A stretch of 63,101 bases of DNA, counting the filler, from Octopus bimaculoides (lineage: Eukaryota), in assembly GCF_001194135.2 (NCBI RefSeq). It is 8 parts of 8 records of this genome, joined end to end, with 100 filler letters (N's around TTAATTAATTAA, not from the genome) between each part and the next. Parts side by side here need not be neighbours in the genome. Positions count along the whole stretch, not along the records: positions 58,162 to 60,396 come from NC_068983.1; positions 60,497 to 63,101 come from NW_026409350.1; 6 more parts are not named here. One strand, 5' to 3'. Below the pieces are notes generated by a model, which worked only from the letters and a program-made list of their open reading frames with translations, ran no database searches and had not been told where the DNA came from. The position numbers and the translations under genes are program-made. Within the stretch, counting starts at the first letter, position 1. Each line of letters opens with the position of its first letter. Below, in pieces: positions 59,717-63,101 of the stretch.

Positions 59717-60496
59717 TTAATAATAATAATAATAATAATAACCACTCTATTAACCAACATGAGAGCCTATATTTTCCGACTCATGGATTTATAGACAACG
59801 ATACACAAACACACATGCACGCACACACACACACACACACACACATACACACACACACATATATATATATATAAAGAATGAGATCAAGAAACCAATGACA
59901 TAAGTAAATTTATATTTTATGTATAATGTCCCTTTCAAGTTCGTGCCTCACAGCGTTCATACACACATAATTTTTCTCGTCTGGCCGTAAAGCCTTTTCT
60001 GTTTGTTTTCCTGTCTTGTTTTTTGTCCGCCACTACATTCCTCCATGGCAAGATTTAATTTACGTATACAAATTTAATCTGCGGTCCATGGGATGAGCCG
60101 TTTTGACGATGTGTCCTGCCCAAGCTCTTCGAAACGCCGGTGTTAAAACGCGGGTAGCTGATGAAGTAGAATGTTCTCTATGTGGCTTGTGTGTTTTCTC
60201 GTCTACGTTTTGTTTGCAATGTCCTGTACCCAGATATGCACCTATACATACAGGTGGATGTCGGTATGCACATACCTGTACGTATATATGCATATACTCA
60301 TTTACTATTTGTTTTTACATGACTGAACGCAGCGTCTCCAATTGTAAGTAGTTTTCGTAAACTTATATCTTCCGACGCTACTCTATCTCTTTCTCTNNNN
60401 NNNNNNNNNNNNNNNNNNNNNNNNNNNNNNNNNNNNNNNNTTAATTAATTAANNNNNNNNNNNNNNNNNNNNNNNNNNNNNNNNNNNNNNNNNNNN

Positions 60497-60534
<38 letters not shown>

Positions 60535-60676
60535 GTTATATATGTATGTATGTATGTACGTATGTCTATTGGTTGCACAGATGTAATTATAGGAAGTAGA
60601 GGGATCACATTTTCATTTGCCTTTCGATCTCTCATCCCCGTTGTCTCATTAACTGCCAGTGTATGTACGTACGTAC

Positions 60677-60722
<46 letters not shown>

Positions 60723-61765
60723 CACTCTCTCTCTCTCACTCTGTCTGTCAACATATCTATCTGTCTATTTAATCAATCGATCGATCTGTCTGTCTCTCTT
60801 TCTTTCTGTCTGTTTATCTATCTATCTATTTATCTTTCTACGAACCCACTTCACTACCAAAACACGTACACACCTATCCATCAACTAATCTACGTACGTC
60901 AACTCATACACATCTACGTACTCCGTCCCATCCACATCTCTCCCTGTAACATCTACATCCATCCACAGTAGACAGTTATCACTCCATTATCCGCCATACT
61001 CTTTCATCACGCCGTCCAACTAACCTTATCTCGGCTATCTATTTAATATTTAATATTTAACTCTGGGACTCTCCGAAGTAGTTCTCCACTGAGCAGGAAC
61101 CACAAAGATATTTGATTCTCTTCCATTTTATTCCACGTTTTCGATCGAATAAATGCAACAGACGACAGAATGAAGTTTTCAATGAAAAGCAGACGATAGC
61201 AAAGCTTGTCGTGTCCAGCGAAGGAAGATGTCTAACTGTTGTTATTGTTGCTGGTGGTGGTGGTGGTGGTGTTTGTGTTGGTAGTCGTTGTACTGGCAGA
61301 CGTTGTCGTCGAAGATGTCCTTCTAGATATGATAATGGGGGACTTGTGTGCAAAACGCTGTTTAAGATCGAGTGGATGAAGTGTGTGTATGTGTGTGCAT
61401 GTGTGTGTGTGTGTATGTGTGTGTGTGTGTATGCACTCTCGCAAACACAGACACGCCAACTATTATATCTAACTCTTACATACACACAGACAGACACATA
61501 TATGTACACACATGTATATATAAGTGTGTGAATATCTCACAGCGATCCTTTCGGCCTCATATATACATACGTGTGTGTGTGTGTATACACATACATTTAC
61601 CTAGATATAAATACATATACACATACATATATCTGCATATAAATCTCTTCATACATACACACGCATATACCATACACAAATTCACATATACTATATATAG
61701 CGATACATATACATACGTATAACTATGTAGAGTTTGAATGAAAAAGATGTAAATATATCATAGCA

Positions 61766-61796
<31 letters not shown>

Positions 61797-62249
61797 GAGG
61801 AGAGGTCCGATGACGTTCTTGGGGAGAATCTGGGTGTCGACAGGAAATACCCGACCGGCATCTTCAGGACCACTTTCGTGTCGGGACCTATGGATAATTT
61901 CCAGAGATCCCTGGCCTGGCAGTGCAATCGGGAAGCATTGCATGTTCGAGAGAAGTTCTATAGACACGGTTCAAGAAACACCGAACCGGTCTGCATGAGA
62001 TGCGGTCAGAACGACGAAACCATTCTGCACGCACTCGTGCAGTGTCCACATATTTCAGAGCTGTGGGCCCATGTCGAACGGTTGCTGTCGCCTGTGGAAT
62101 GAGTCTGTTTGTCAGCCGAGTCTATCGTGAATATTTCCCCGCCACCTTCCTTTAACCGGGAAGGCAAAGAAGTTTTCGTCGTGCTGATGGCTATAGCGAA
62201 AGAATGTGTGTGGTGGACTCCTTTGAAAGGTCTAGAGACAAATGCTTTC
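61797..62249 (+). mobile_element. L1/Tx1-clade LINE ORF2 C-terminal zinc-knuckle (zf-RVT-like) fragment
   Basis: SLAWQCNREALHVREKFYRHG...CMRCGQNDETILHALVQCPHISELW: C-x2-C-x8-H-x4-C with one in-frame stop downstream. Confidence 0.75.
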
Positions 62250-62987
62250 NNNNNNNNNNNNNNNNNNNNNNNNNNNNNNNNNNNNNNNNNNNNNNNNNNN
62301 NNNNNNNNNNNNNNNNNNNNNNNNNNNNNNNNNNNNNNNNNNNNNNNNNNNNNNNNNNNNNNNNNNNNNNNNNNNNNNNNNNNNNNNNNNNNNNNNNNNN
62401 NNNNNNNNNNNNNNNNNNNNNNNNNNNNNNNNNNNNNNNNNNNNNNNNNNNNNNNNNNNNNNNNNNNNNNNNNNNNNNNNNNNNNNNNNNNNNNNNNNNN
62501 NNNNNNNNNNNNNNNNNNNNNNNNNNNNNNNNNNNNNNNNNNNNNNNNNNNNNNNNNNNNNNNNNNNNNNNNNNNNNNNNNNNNNNNNNNNNNNNNNNNN
62601 NNNNNNNNNNNNNNNNNNNNNNNNNNNNNNNNNNNNNNNNNNNNNNNNNNNNNNNNNNNNNNNNNNNNNNNNNNNNNNNNNNNNNNNNNNNNNNNNNNNN
62701 NNNNNNNNNNNNNNNNNNNNNNNNNNNNNNNNNNNNNNNNNNNNNNNNNNNNNNNNNNNNNNNNNNNNNNNNNNNNNNNNNNNNNNNNNNNNNNNNNNNN
62801 NNNNNNNNNNNNNNNNNNNNNNNNNNNNNNNNNNNNNNNNNNNNNNNNNNNNNNNNNNNNNNNNNNNNNNNNNNNNNNNNNNNNNNNNNNNNNNNNNNNN
62901 NNNNNNNNNNNNNNNNNNTCTATCCAAATATATGTATGTCTTATTTATGTACGTATGTATACATGTATGTATGGGGGATATATATAT

Positions 62988-63101
62988 AGGCGCAGGCGTG
63001 GCTGTGTGGTAAGAAGCTTGCTTACAAACCACATGGTTCCGGGTTCAGTTTCACTGTGTGGCATCTTGGGCAAGTGTCTTCTACTATAGCTTTGGGCCGA
63101 C
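62988..63101 (+). mobile_element. Family B SINE, cut by the window end
   Basis: aggcgcaggcgtggctgtgtggtaag...gggttcagtttcactg...cttgggcaagtgtctt. Confidence 0.88.

Overview
Eukaryotic, AT-rich, microsatellite-dense draft-assembly DNA with many N gaps and seven artificial TTAATTAATTAA scaffold linkers. The SINE families and repeat load point to an octopus genome (inference). The only host gene I can support is the 3' two-thirds of a minus-strand matrix metalloproteinase (M10A matrixin). I reconstructed six GT-AG exons by hand with matching phases: 37413-37664 catalytic (HEFGHSLGLYH, Met-turn), 36712-37011 Thr/Pro hinge, then hemopexin exons 34656-34817, 32166-32278, 27329-27471 and a less certain terminal exon 23257-23431. 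I could not find the signal peptide, propeptide or first catalytic exon in the window. The rest is decayed mobile DNA: RTE, CR1 and Tx1/L1-like LINE pieces, two Penelope-like GIY-YIG relics, four mariner relics, a Chapaev3-like relic, hAT relics, MITEs and about 25 tRNA-derived SINE copies. Most ORFs in the supplied track are microsatellite or N-gap artefacts. I found no clearly new biological system. The best leads are the atypical MMP architecture, a 108-bp near-perfect intronic inverted repeat, a PHD-type finger inside an RTE reverse transcriptase, and repeats with hammerhead-like cores. Exon boundaries were counted base by base; TE and SINE boundaries are approximate, and family names come from recalled motifs, not a database search.
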